A stretch of DNA of 64,000 bases from Isurus oxyrinchus (taxonomy: Eukaryota), in assembly GCA_026770705.1 (NCBI GenBank), contig JANJGN010000031.1:1302001-1366000 (forward strand). Direction: 5' to 3'. This document shows, piece by piece, positions 25,772 to 38,587 of the stretch; position 1 is the first letter of the stretch; every line of letters begins with the position of its first letter. Position numbers and translations under genes: made by a program. A model generated the notes under the pieces. That model saw only the letters and a list, made by a program, of their open reading frames with translations, did not search any database and was not told where the DNA came from.

Positions 25772-27423
25772 CTGTGAAGTAAATATAAGGAACAATTTGG
25801 AATTCCTGTTCTCTAGAAGTAAGGAATTCTATTGTTAGGAAATGAAACCTATCTTAATCTCATGATCCCAGCCTAAGAGTTGAGTTGTAAAAAGATAATG
25901 TTCGCCTTTGATGCGAGAAGTTGCTCTACGCCCTACCCCACTACAGTAAGCCTACTTCAATGACGTCCCATATCCAATTATGAACACTGCTATCTCCTGT
26001 GGGGATCATGCTAACATTTCCACCGCCAACCCTCAAAGACGAAGCAATATCTTAATTGGTAGCTCAGGAGTGTATGGGTGGAAGCTTGTTAAACCATAAC
26101 TCCGTGGGGAGATTTCTCCCTTCGGGGCCAAAAGATCATGCCCCACTCCAGAGCCCCATAATCCATATCAAAAGTCCCAGTGTCAGTAGAGCCGAAACAT
26201 TGCACGATTGGACCAACCATTTTTCAGACAGGGCCTTAGATCGATGAGCTGATGCCCTCTCTGGCGAATGTAAATGAATCGGCAGCAGCATTGTGATCTC
26301 CAGTATGCCTGTTCCTTAACCGACGTCACAAATAACAGATTATCTGGTCATATATCTCCTTGTTTTTTGTGGGATGTTGCTACGTGCAAATTAGTTTCTG
26401 CAACCCCTACGTTATAGTACTGATTTAAATTTCAAAGTACTTCATTGGCTACAAAGAGTTTCGGGATGTAATTCGGTCCTGAAAGGCACTACATAAAACT
26501 CCCCTTCTCCAAAGAGCGGAACTTCACTTCTTGTTTCTGCGCTACATTCAAACTATGATCTCACAGGAGGAACTTTAAGTTTTAAGACAGATGGACTCCC
26601 TCCATCCACCGCCAGGCCTTTCTTTTCCCTCATCACAGCGAACGTTCATTTCTATGAATTGAGTCCAGGAGACCTCGATACTAATTCAGTGGGCCATCAT
26701 TGTCTGGAAAGCCTAGCTACATTTCTCTCCCGACATGAATTTTCTAATAAACTCTGTGGCAAACGCAGTTTTGTTTTTAATGGAAAGCAAGTGTTTCCAA
26801 ATGTTGAAATGACTGTATGCACGCAATATCCGATACGGTACTAATTGCAGAATTACAATTTATCGCTCTGACTATTTAAAATCATAGCCTTATTATGGCA
26901 TAACAGAAGGCCATTTGGCTCGTCCAGCCTATGCCGTCTCTGTAGAGCTGTTCCGTTAACTCCATTCCCCTACTCTATCTCTGTAGCCCTGCAACTTTTT
27001 TTCTTTCAACTATCCATCTAATTTTCTTTTGAAATCATTGGTTACCATCGCTTCCAACACAATCATGGCCATTTCAGATCATTGCCTTTCTCTGTATGCA
27101 AAGAAAAGCTCTTTGTTGCATTACTCCTACATCTCGTACCCAAAACATTAAAGCTGTGCCCCCTTGTCCTTGTGCCATCAGGTAATGGGACAGTGTTTCT
27201 TTGTCTACATTATCTAAATCTATCATAATCTTGTACACCTGCATCAAATCTTCCCTCACTCCTCCTTTCTTCCAAGGAGAGCAATCCCAGCTTTCACAAC
27301 CTTATAGCTAAAAGCCCCATCCCTGGAAACATTTTGGTAAGTCTCCTTGGCGCCCTCTTAACGACCGTCTATTCTTCCCAAAGCGCGTTGCCCAGAAGCA
27401 GATAGAAGGATATGGAGGCTTAC

Positions 27424-27444
27424 CTTTACTTACACCGCAGGTTG
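27424..27444 (-). CDS. TRBC: TCR beta constant exon 2 (connecting peptide with interchain Cys)
   Basis: ttttgtttcag|CA ACC TGC GGT GTA AGT AAA G|gtaagc: 21 nt, phase 1/1, reads ATCGVSK, comparable to mammalian DCGFTS. Confidence 0.9.
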
Positions 27445-27765
27445 CTGAAACAAAATCAAAATAAAAGCAACGAGTTAGCACCAGATGCTTTATGAAATCA
27501 GTGTATATTTGCAGATGATCACCGTTGTAAGACACACTCAGCCTGATACATTATGACAGTCGTGTTAATATAGTTTTGAATATTGTTTCCGAGTACATTT
27601 ACATGTTCTATGTGTTTTTTGAATGATTTATTTAGTCATTTATTGATTTACAGATTCATCTACGTGTTACTCATTCATTGTGAAGGGCACGGGCACTACG
27701 TAAGTGCAAGATATTGCTTCCTTTGAAGCTAAAATGCAATGGCATGGGCCATTTTTATGACCTAC

Positions 27766-28116
27766 CAGTTTTGATGTGTAGCGTGTAATTAGATTCATGA
27801 AAATCTGATACTCCAATATAATGCTTCACTGCGCACGTAATTGTCTTAACCCAGATCCAATCTTGGGCATCGAGCCTCAGGCGACTGCTGATGCTGAAGG
27901 ATTTGTTCCCTTCACTTGGGATGGAATTGAGGTCGGTCTGAATGCTTGGGTCGTTGGCCTTCTTCACCATGTCATCGACGAACCACTTGATCTCGATGTT
28001 GTCGGGGTAGAAATCAGTTACAAGGCAAACCACAGTCGCTTTCCCCTTCACCTTAATTTCTTCAGGGGAGGGTTCAAAGATAGAAACGTTGGCGTTCCTA
28101 ATTTTGTCATTCTTAT
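27766..28116 (-). CDS. TRBC: TCR beta constant region exon 1 (Ig C1-set domain)
   Basis: Translates (D)KNDKIRNANVSIFEPSPEEIKVKGKATVVCLVTDFYPDNIEIKWFVD...SFSISSRLRL...ITCAVKH...IKT. The FEPS..EI..KAT.VCL..FYPD and SSRLR motifs are Cbeta hallmarks. Acceptor cag at 28119-28117, phase-1 donor G|gtagg at 27765; 351 nt, open. Confidence 0.97.
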
Positions 28117-29284
28117 CTGCGTGGGAATTAAACAAAACTAAATGGAGAGAACATGGATGAGGATGAAAACAGTCCGAGGAGTTTAAACAATATAACGTTT
28201 CAATCTTAGGACAATTAACTTAATGCTAAGTTCAGAACAAACCTACTTCCTAACAACCATGCCACCCGTTACAATAAATCACCGAATCAGTTTGCAAGAT
28301 GTGGGTGTTTTATATGTTTTGACCAGAAATGATGTGACTTGGTAATTAGATCACTAAGTGAAATGTAACTCTGCATCAAGCACAAGATATTTTCCTGTCA
28401 ATCTAAAAATGTGATCTGCATTATGGACCAATTTGTCATCAATTCACTGGACTATCATTTAGTCTGTCCCTGAAAAGTCCTTTCCAATTCTACGCATGCC
28501 TACCTCCCCTCACGTGATCAACAATGTAATTATTGCAATCATAAACTGATATGGTAAATAAGGAGGCTGTTCAGCCCAACGTGTAACTGCAGGGACTTTG
28601 CTGGAGGTATCAAGTTAGTCCCACTTCCTCCGCCTTGCCCTTCTCTCATCGCGCAGTAATCTGCTATCAAGTTGGTCTCCTCAAGTTTCCTCCATTTGCT
28701 TTGTATAAATTGCTGCTGAGTCTGCTTCCATCATCATGTCAGGTAGTGCATTCCGGATTAAACACCTAGGTCTGAAAAATATCAGCATCTCCCCTCTGCC
28801 TTTTTATTTGCCAATCGTCTTAAATCAGTAAATTTCAGTTTCAATTAAATATATTTCATTTTGAAATATTAAAGTGTCTGGGTTTGCAGTCAATTACCTG
28901 CGAGGCTGCCTGAATATTAGACAGGGATTTTATTCGATTAAAATGATAGAATCAACAACACAGCAAATGATTCCCAATCTTGTTGAATTTTTTGGTCTGA
29001 ATGTTGAACCAATGATCAGTTGAAGTAATTATATTGAAACGGCTGGAGCTCTTTTCTTTAGAAAATGGTGGAGTGAGCGCTGAATGAATAGAATGCTTAA
29101 GATGCTGAAAGGTTTGAAAGGACAGGCTTGAAAAATATCTTCCTACTCGCGTATGTGTCTGGCTATGTATATATGTGAGTGTGGTGTGTGTGTGCGTGTG
29201 TGTTCGGGAGGGGTGGGGGTTGGGTGGGAGGTGGACTAGGGTGATATTTAACACGAATGTAACTTAAATGTAAGATAGTCAGAA

Positions 29285-32210
29285 AGAACACAAGAACACG
29301 AGAAATAGGAGTAGGAGTAGACCATATGGGACATCAAGCTTTCTCTACTATTCAGTACGATCACAGCTGGTCTTCGGATTCAAATCCATTTTGCCAGCTG
29401 CTCCCCATATCCCTTAATTCCCTGAGAGATCAACAATCTGTTTATCCCAGCCTTAAATCCGCTGGGATAGAAAATTCCAAACATTAACAGCCGTTTGGGT
29501 GAAGTGATTTTCTCGAATCTCAGTCTCAGATGATTGGCCCCTTGCCCTGAGACTGTGCCCATATCCTATTGACTCCCCAACCGGCGGGAAAAAGAATCTC
29601 TCAGCATCCACCCTATCAAACCCCTTCATAATTTTGGTAAGTTTCAATGAGATCGCTTCTCATTCTTCTGACCTCCAGATAATATAAGCACAATGTACTT
29701 TGGCTGAATACAAAGTGCAGGCCCTTCTTCCCAGGGATCAATCTAGAGAACCTTCGCTTCACTGCCGTCAATGCAAATAAATCCTTTACTTAAATGTGGG
29801 GACTAAAACTGCACATAACTCCGGATGTGGTCTCACCAAAACCCTGCACAATTGTAGCAAGGTTTCTTTATTCTACTATTCCCATCTCCTTACGATAAAA
29901 GCCAACATGCTAGTTGCCTCCTTAATTTCTTGCTGTACCTGCATGCTAGCTTTTTGAGTTCTTTCGACCCTTTGAACATGAAGACTTACAAGTTTCATAC
30001 CTTATAAATGATATTCTACTTCTCTATTCTTACGACCAAAGAGAATAATTTCACACTATCCTATATTATACTGAGTCTCCCATCCGGTCACACACTCACT
30101 TAACCTGTCTATATCACTTTGCAGCCTTTTTGTGTCCTCCTTGCAGCTTACCAACCGACTTAAATTGGTATCATAACCAAACTTTGATACATTACTCTTC
30201 ATCCCTTCATCAAAGTCATTAACGTAGATTGCAAAAAGCAGAGGCTTCAGCACTGATCCGTGTTGCACTCCACAATTCACTGCCTGCCAACTTGATAAAG
30301 CTCCATTTAGGCCCACTCTCTGCTTTCTACCCGTTAGCCAATCCTCTACCCATGCTAAAACACTACCCCAAATTCCACGAGCCTTTATCTTGCCTATTAA
30401 CCATGAATTGTGGCACCTTTTCGACTGCCTATTGGAAATCTGGGTATATGCCGTCTACTGATCCCACTTTATCTACCCTACTAGTTACATCCTAAAAACA
30501 TCTAAGTTTTTTTAAATTTGTTTATGGGCTGTGAGCCAGCATTTATCGTCCATCCAAAGTTGCCCTTGAGAAGGTGGTGGGTGAGCCGCCTTCTTGAACC
30601 GCTGCAGTCCATGTGGTGCAGGTACACTTACAGTGCTGTTAGGGAGTGGGTTCCAGGTCTTGACCCAGTGACAGCGAAGGAACAGCCATATATTTCCAAG
30701 TCAGGGTGCACAGTCACTTGAAATGGAGCCTCCAGGTGGTGATGTTGCCATCTCCCTGTTGTCCTTGTCTTTCTGGATGGCAGTGGTCGTGGTTTAGAAA
30801 GTGTTGTCTAAGAAGCCTTTGTTTGAGTTTCTGCAGTGCATCTTGTAGATGGTACACACTGTGTCACTGTGCCTCGGTGGTAGAGGGAGTGAATGTTTGT
30901 GAAAGTGTTACCGTTCAAGCAGAATGATTTGTGCTGGACGGTGTCAAGTTCCTGAGTGCAGTGGGAGCTGCACTCATCCAGGCAAGTAGGGAGTATCCCT
31001 TCACACTCCTGACTTGTGCCTTGTAGATGACAGACAGGCTTTGGAGAGCCAGGAGGTGAGTTAATTGCCGTAGGATTCCTAGCCCACTTCCGACCTTATG
31101 ATGGAAGGTAGGTCATTGATGAAGCAGTTGGAGATGGTTGGGCCGACGACACTCCCCTCAGTAACTCCTGCAGTGATGTCGTGGAACTGAGATGATTGAC
31201 CTCCAGCAACCACAACCATCTTCCTTTTTGTTATGAATGAGTCCAACCAGCGGAGTGTTTTTTTTTCCTTACTCCCATTCACTCCAGTTTTGCTCGAGCT
31301 CCTTGATATCACTCTCTGCTAAAGGCTGCATTCATGTCAAGGGCAGTCACTCTGAACTCACGTCTGACGTTCAGCTCTTTTATCATTTTTGAACCAAGGT
31401 TGTAATGATGCTAGGAGCTGGATGGTGGAAACTATACTGAGAGTCAGCTGTCAAACAGAAGTTCCCCTTAGTAAAACCATGTTGGCTTGTTCTGATCGTA
31501 CTCTTCTTTTCTGGGTTCATTGTTAAGACTTCCAAACAATTAAATTCCAGCATTTTTTCCTACAGCTGATGCTAGGCTAAATGGCCTAATTCACTGATTT
31601 TTTCTCTCTCTCCCTCTCTGTTCTTGAAAGGTGGTGCAACATTTGGCAACTGCAAACCTAATGGGACCGTTCCTGAATCTGCAAAGTTTTGGAAAATCAT
31701 AGCTAGCACATCCACTAACTCTACATCTATCTCTTTCAGAAACTTAGGATGTAGGTCATCAGATCCCAGGGAGTTATCAGATTTTAGTTCTTCCAGTTTC
31801 GCCAAATATTTTTCTCTGATTATGTTAATTTCCTTAATTTCCTCACTCTCTTTAGCACCTAAGTTGTCGTCTATTTCCTGTATGAAACATGTTTCTTCTA
31901 ATATGGAGACAGACACGACATATTTGTTCAATGTCTCTATTTCCTCATTCTTCATGATAATTTCTCCATTGTTTCTAATGGGACAACATTTACTTCAGCT
32001 ATCCTCTTCCCCTTCATATACTTATAAAAGCTCTTACAATCGTATTTATTTAATATTCCTGGCTTGTTTACTCTCAGATTCTATGTTTTCCCCTTTTTAT
32101 CAAAATTGTGATAGCTCTCTGCTGGCTTCTGAATTATTCCTAACTCTCAGGCTTGCTACTTTTTTTTTAAAACGATGCAAGCCTCTTCTTTTAATCCAAT
32201 ATGATCATTA
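29285..32210 (-). mobile_element. CR1 LINE interrupted by a second LINE (about 30518-31445)
   Basis: GVQHGSVLKPLLFAIYVND, KFGYDT, LHPKFLKEI; the insert carries ITAGVTEGSVVGPT. Confidence 0.85.
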
Positions 32211-32756
32211 ATTTATTGCGAGGAATTTTACAGCCCCTCCCGGCGGTGTGATTTTCCACCGAAGTCAATGGATTTTAAATGGCTAGCCGCATTTGATAGC
32301 CCCGCCCCTTAAAGGTTTCGCTCCTTGTTTATATCAATGGAATAATTTCTTATTTTGAAGATTTTGAGTTATTTCGTTCTATGTTTCCCATTGTCCATTT
32401 AGCTCATATCTTTTAGACTATTTCCCTTAACCAATAACCACCTCCCCCGCCCCCACCCCCACCCACACCCCCCTCACCCACCCCCCCCCCCCCCCCCCCC
32501 CCGCCCCCCAATGTAATTTGCTTTGTTTGAGTTTAAGATTCTTCTTTATAATTGGAGTATGTCTTTTATTACTTTACATGGAATTGAATAGTATTATGAT
32601 CACAATAAATCCATTAGAGATTTCAGGGGAAATGGACCAGTGAGTGATGAGAATGTAGAACTCACTACAAGAGGGTTAGAAGTATCGATGCATTCATGTG
32701 GGAAGCTGGATCAAGATATCATTGCGAAAGAAATAGGAAGACGTGATCTCGGATGA

Positions 32757-33370
32757 GACCATAAGACATAGGAGCAGAAATTAGGCCAATCGGCCAATCG
32801 AGTCTGCTCTGCCATTCAATCATGGCTGATAAATTTCTTAACCCCATTCTCCCGCCCCCTCCCCGTAACCTTTGGTCCGCTTACCAATCAGGAACCTATC
32901 TATCTCGTTCTTAAATACACTCAATGAACTGGCCTCCACAGCCTTCTGTGGCAATGAATTCTATAGATTCATCACTCTCTGGCTAAGGAAGTTTCTCCTC
33001 ATCTTCCCTTTTCTTTGAGGCTGTGCCCTCGGGTCCTAGTCTCTCCTACCAATGGAAACATCTTCCCCACGTCCACTCTATCCAGGCCTTTCAGTATTCT
33101 CTAAGTATCAATCACATCCCCGCTCATCCTTCTAAACTCCATCAAGTATAGACCCTGAGTCCTCAAACGTTCCTCATGTGTTAAGCCTTTCATTCCTGGG
33201 ATCGTTCTCGAGAACCTCCTCTGGACCCTCTCCAGGGCCAGCACATCCTTCCTGAGATACGGAGCCCAAAATTGCTCACAATATTCTAAATGTGGTCTGA
33301 CCAGAGCCTTATAAAGCTTCAGCAGCACATCCCTGCTTTTATATTCTAGTCCGCTCGAAATAAATATCAA
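32757..33370 (-). mobile_element. Young CR1 LINE 3' end
   Basis: LLKLYKALVRPHLEYCEQFWAPYLRKDVLALERVQRRF. Confidence 0.9.
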
Positions 33371-36141
33371 TGATGAGGAGGGATGGGAGGAGGTTCGGGT
33401 GGTGCATGATTGGGCCGACTGGCCTATTTATAGGCTAAAATTCTATGTAATTAATACGTATGCACCTTTAACAAGCAGGCGGGCATCTTCTACCATTCCT
33501 GGTACTCAAGACGCTTTCAACTGATTGGCCGCAAATTACACACAACATTTATAATACCATTATAAATGGAACGACATCATCAATCCCCCCTTCAGCTTCG
33601 CTGCCCTAAGGAGAATAAATGTAGCTACACTCGCCCCTCCACATAATCGAAACGCTGCAGCCCTGGTACCAATCTCATGAACCTCCTACGCAGCCTCGCT
33701 AATGCCTTGATATCCTTCTTAAGGCATGGTGGCCAAGAATTGGATATAACACTCAAGCCGAAGCCCAACCAGTGCTTAATTTATTTTGCACCACTGTTGC
33801 AGTACAAAACCTTCGAAGGTGCTCAGTAGAAGAGCAACTCGGACAAATAATTGAAGTCGAGCCATATAAGATGCATAAGGCCAAAATATGATAAATTATG
33901 TGGCTTATGAGAAGCTTCTTAATAGATGAGAGAAATGAGGGAGCAGAGGGAGAACGAGAGTTTCAAGGAGAGAAGTTCGGAGATTAGGGTGGAGGCAGCT
34001 GAAGAAAAGAACAGCCAATGATACAGAGAATGGAATGGGGAACTGACGAAGAAGCCAGAATAGGATGAGTGCAGAAACCTTGTAAATTCACAATATTCAG
34101 TCTCTGATGAACTACAAACCTAAGGTTTGAAATCATTATCCGCCCTCACCTCTTGACAACTCTAACATTTTGAAGCATTCCTAAAACTCTATAGTTGGCT
34201 AATCGCTTAGCGCCAGAAATGTCAGTTTCAAAAAGCAGCAAATAACCAGTGTGACATTATAATAACCAGCTGGCACTGAAAGCTTAGCTTCATCTCAATA
34301 AAAATAATTTGCGTTATTGCAACACAGTTAACAGTCGCTGCATTACGACTATGAATCAATTCATTTCTTTCAACTCATATATGTTTATATGTGGGGGAAG
34401 TAACTACCGGAATGCCGTTTCTGGTGTTTAAATCATCTAATTGGAAATAACTTAGCTAGAGAATTATTTCCAAATCTGGGTAGCTCCCTTGGTAAAGGAT
34501 GTCAAGGCACTGGAGAGGGCTCCGAGCAAATCTAACAGGACAGTACGAGGGATAAAGGTCTTCCATCATTGTGGACAGACTGGAGAAGCTGGCGTTGTTC
34601 TCCTCAGAACAGAGAAGGTTAAGTGGAGATTTAATAGACGCGTTCAAAAATGTGAAGAATTTTCATCGAGTAAAAACGTATAAGTTGCTTTTACTGGCAG
34701 ATGAGTTGATGACCACAGGAGACACGAGCATTACCAAAATACAGGGGTGAGGAGGTGACTTTTATTTTTATGAACGAATAGGTATTACTGGAAATGTTTC
34801 ATGGCAGAAGCAGGTTTAACAATAACTTTCAAACCGATTGCACCTATTTTGACAAAGTAAAATGTTGAAAACTGATGCTGAAAGCTTGCAGATAACACTA
34901 ATTGGATAACTCTTCCAGTGAACTGACAGAGATATTATGGGCTGAATGAAAGCCTTCTGCGCTGAAGTTGTTGGGCTGTCATTAACAACACAATTGGTTC
35001 ATTAATCTGTTTTATGGATGGAAACCTGACATCCCTACTCAGTCCTCACTTATTTGTGAGTCCAATTCAAACCAACGTGCTTGATTCATAACTATTATCT
35101 GAAGAAGCCATTCACTTGTGTCTAAACCAGCTACCAGTGTTTCAAAGAGTATGCCCAGTAAACCTCCTCGGGGCAAAGTGAGGATGAGAAATAAATGCCA
35201 GTGATTTCCATAATCCTAGAATATAACTCACCCTCTTTATTAATTTAGAATAGAGAGTGAAATTGTTAAGCTATTTGGTTCTTGCTACTGATCTCTGGCT
35301 TGAAATCAAAGCATTAAATTATGGTTCATCAGAGGTTTAACACCAAATCCTTGATTATTCAATGCAATTCTTTTCATGAAGCGAGACAAGGGGTGGTTTC
35401 TCTCCAATATCTTATATTTTAAATCCTTGATTAATATTTGATTATTGCACACAATGCTTTTGTTGGGTAAGAGCATTAATGGTAACAGAAACAAACATGG
35501 CTAGATGGAGCTAAACTTCAGATCAGCTCTGATCTAACTGAATGACAGAACAGGGCCAGGGGGTGAATTGTCACCTCCTGGTCATCTGCTTGTTATAGTT
35601 GATGAGAGCAGACAATCGGGGATTCTGGCTCTTTTTGAAAATTGTTGACAAGGGTTTCCATCTATTGTCAACTCGACAGCAGCCCTTCATTGCTGAGTTT
35701 ATTTTATTTTAAATAATGAGTACTAGTTGAACATTGCCTCCCTGTTGACAAATTAACAAAAGTAAATGCGGTGTGACTGACTATTGGAAGAGTAAATTAT
35801 TCAATTTTACATGTGTAATTCGGACGTGGTGACCTATTGGGTGTGTCCCTCGACTGGTAATCCAGTGGCCCAGAATAATGCTCTAGGGACATGGATTCAA
35901 ATCCTCCCATGGCAGCTGGTGGAATTTAAATTCAATTAATAAACCTGGAGCATAAAGTTACTCTCAGCAATGGTGACCATGAAGCTATCATCGACTGTTG
36001 TAAAAACCCATCTCCTACACTAATATCCATTATGGAAGAAATCTGCCTAGCAAGCCTCTCAGTTCAACGGAAATATGGGATGGGAACAAATGCTGGCCGT
36101 GACAGCGATGACCATACCACTTGAAAGTATAAAAATAATAC

Positions 36142-36189
36142 CCAAGTACGGTGCTTTGCTAACGCTGAAATAGAGAGGTAAGTTTGATC
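36142..36189 (-). pseudogene. Degenerate Jbeta, most C-proximal found
   Basis: SNLPLYFSVSKAPYL G|gtatta; FGxG decayed to FSVS; RSS-like CAGAGTA-11/12-TCAAAATTG. Confidence 0.55.
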
Positions 36190-36760
36190 CAGAGTAAAAT
36201 AGTAATATCAAAATTGCTGGGGCCATATCATTGCAGAATATGTTTTTATCTGGCTCCACTGAACACATTTATTTGACTAACAGCAATGCCTAGATTCATC
36301 TGGCCTTCCCTAGCCTATTCAATTCCAAAGGGAGGGCAATTGATAGCAGTGAAATTATTCTAAACTTTTATAGTATCTTCTCTAGACTTGCAGCACAGAT
36401 ATATGGACACTAGAACTGTGCACAATGCTTCAAATATAAAATTACTCAAATATATGAACACCAAAAACTGATCCCAGTTCTGGTCTCCTTGTATATTTCT
36501 ATTTATCTTGACTGAGGGCAACCTGATAAAGGTGGTTACAATGATGAAAGGTGAATTAGAAGAGGTGCATGTTGAGAAATCTTATAACCTGCCTATTTAA
36601 CAACATTGTCATTGTAAATTCTTCATCTTGCAATTCAACTTTACTCCAAGTTACCCAGCCTTTGTTTCTTTTTGTGAGCTTTCAACCAATTATGAAACAA
36701 GGAATGAACACTTGTAACAAATTAAAGGTTAAACACTAAGATACATTCTTGTTCACCCGT

Positions 36761-36816
36761 CTGGAATTGACAGCTGAGTCCCAGGGCCAAAGGAATAAAT
36801 CGAGCTCTCAGATGAA
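36761..36816 (-). pseudogene. TRBJ: Jbeta with good RSS but no in-phase splice donor
   Basis: SSESSIYSFGPGTQLSIP; RSS CACAATG-12-GGTAGAACT (36817-36844). Expected G|GT reads G|AC; next GT (36756) is phase 2 and an in-frame TGA follows. Confidence 0.85.
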
Positions 36817-36847
36817 CACAATGCTGCAGGCCAGTGGTAGAACTCAT

Positions 36848-36900
36848 TTGGGCCTCAGTTGGAGTCTTGTGCCAATTTCTAAATACGAGACTTTCAGAAA
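36848..36900 (-). pseudogene. Degenerate Jbeta relic
   Basis: SYLEIGTRLQLRP followed by ATGAGT (decayed GTGAGT donor); it abuts the nonamer of the next J RSS. Confidence 0.4.
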
Positions 36901-37975
36901 GGTGGCAAGGCATTGGATAGTGTGTAAATGAGATTTACTAAAATAGTGGATGGGGGAGTTCAGTAATGTAAAGGGGCCGGAGACTATAAGGTTGTTTTCC
37001 AGGAGGAGCTTAAGGGGAGAATTATTGAACTCATTCAAAGCCATGGAGGGTTTTGCTGGAGTAGATTATGGAGAAGATATTTCCACCAGCCAGAGATTTT
37101 GCAACCAGAGGACATAGATTGAATTTAATTGATAAAAGAGTGGAAGCTTTGATGAGGAGTTATTTCTTTAAACAGCCAGTTGTTCTGATATGGAATGTGT
37201 AACCTGAAAAGGTACTGGAAACAGTTAAATGTTAACAGTTAAAGGTTAAATGTTAAATTTCAACAGAGGATTGGATGATTCTCAAAGAGGAGAAAATTAC
37301 ACAGGTATGTGGAAAGAACAGGATGAGTTCGACTAAATGGATAACTCTTTCAAAGAGCCGGCTCCAATAAAATGGCCGAAAGCCTTTTTTTTGCATGCAG
37401 TAAGATTCTATTATCTAACAGCGCATTGGTCTATTTATTTTCTAACAAGAACAACTAGGCCTTGCAATTTTCTGCAATTAATAACAATGGACATTCACTT
37501 TAGGAGATCTCAGTATCAGGATTTTAATATTATCAAACTTCACAACTTTGTTCATGAATGGGATTGCTCAATATAGAATAAAAACAGATGCATATTTGTC
37601 TGGTTCTGGTCAGAAGACCATAAAGTGTGGCTTGAGAATAGACAATTATGTTCACTCCTTACAGCCTCCTCTATCCTAGATTCTACTTTAAGCAATAATT
37701 CTCTACAGGAATAATTCTCAGAAATATCCCCAAATTTCAAAACAATAAGCCAAACACAAGACGACATGTCTACCATAATGTCTCTTTTAAACTTGGCAGT
37801 GCATTTCCCTGTTGGTCTGACGCCATTTGAATGTTTTATAAATCTTGCAAGGCTTTATGAGATTTAAGATATTTTCATTGATAAGTGGGACATGGGAAAG
37901 AAACTAGCTTTTGAAGAATATAAGCAATTGTGTATCAAATGGTTTAAACCAACAATGTATTTTACATTTACCCAC

Positions 37976-38028
37976 CCAAAATTGTAACTTTGGCCCCTTG
38001 AGCAAAATATCATGGATTTTTGTTTGTG
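37976..38028 (-). pseudogene. TRBJ: Jbeta pseudogene
   Basis: TNKNP*YFAQGAKVTIL G|gtgggt; in-frame TGA, FAQG in place of FGxG, degenerate RSS. Confidence 0.75.
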
Positions 38029-38549
38029 CAGCCCCATGCTGCTCAACGTTGCAAAACTGTTAACTAAAGCAGCCTATTGAACCAAGCAGGGGGGTATTCA
38101 GACTCTCCAGCCTGCTCCACTATTCTCCATATTCCTTGATACTCTCACCCATCATAAATCTATCCGTCTCAAACTTGAAAGTTCCACTTGACCCTGAGCA
38201 CCAACTGTCTTTTTGCGGGGTGGTAGGGCGACTGTGGAGTGATTTCTATCTACATTTCTGTGAAAACGTGTTTCCAGATTTCACTTCCAAATGGCCTAAA
38301 ACTAATTTAAAAATGTTGTCCTCTTAGTATGAATTTTTCCACTGGATGTGAAATCAGCTAAAATCCACAAGGACTTCACATTCTGATACCCTACGTTAGA
38401 TATCCCAGGGCATTTTTCTGTTTATTAGACTTGAAATATATCGCTATACTTTTCAAAGTACATAGCGATTTATGATATTCCCATTGATGATTGGAATATT
38501 GGGGAGTATTAGGCCATTGCATTAGGCTATCAAATGGTTTAAACCAACA

Positions 38550-38587
38550 CTGATGCCACACCGAACATAATGGTATGTCTATAATAA
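38550..38587 (-). pseudogene. Possible 3'-truncated Jbeta relic
   Basis: YRHTIMFG followed by GTGGC (frameshifted FGxG), next to CAAAGTG (38588-38594); no donor. Confidence 0.3.

Noticed and set aside
37703-37761. LKFGDIS next to CACAAGA as another J relic
   Set aside because: No second Gly, donor or convincing nonamer; could be chance.
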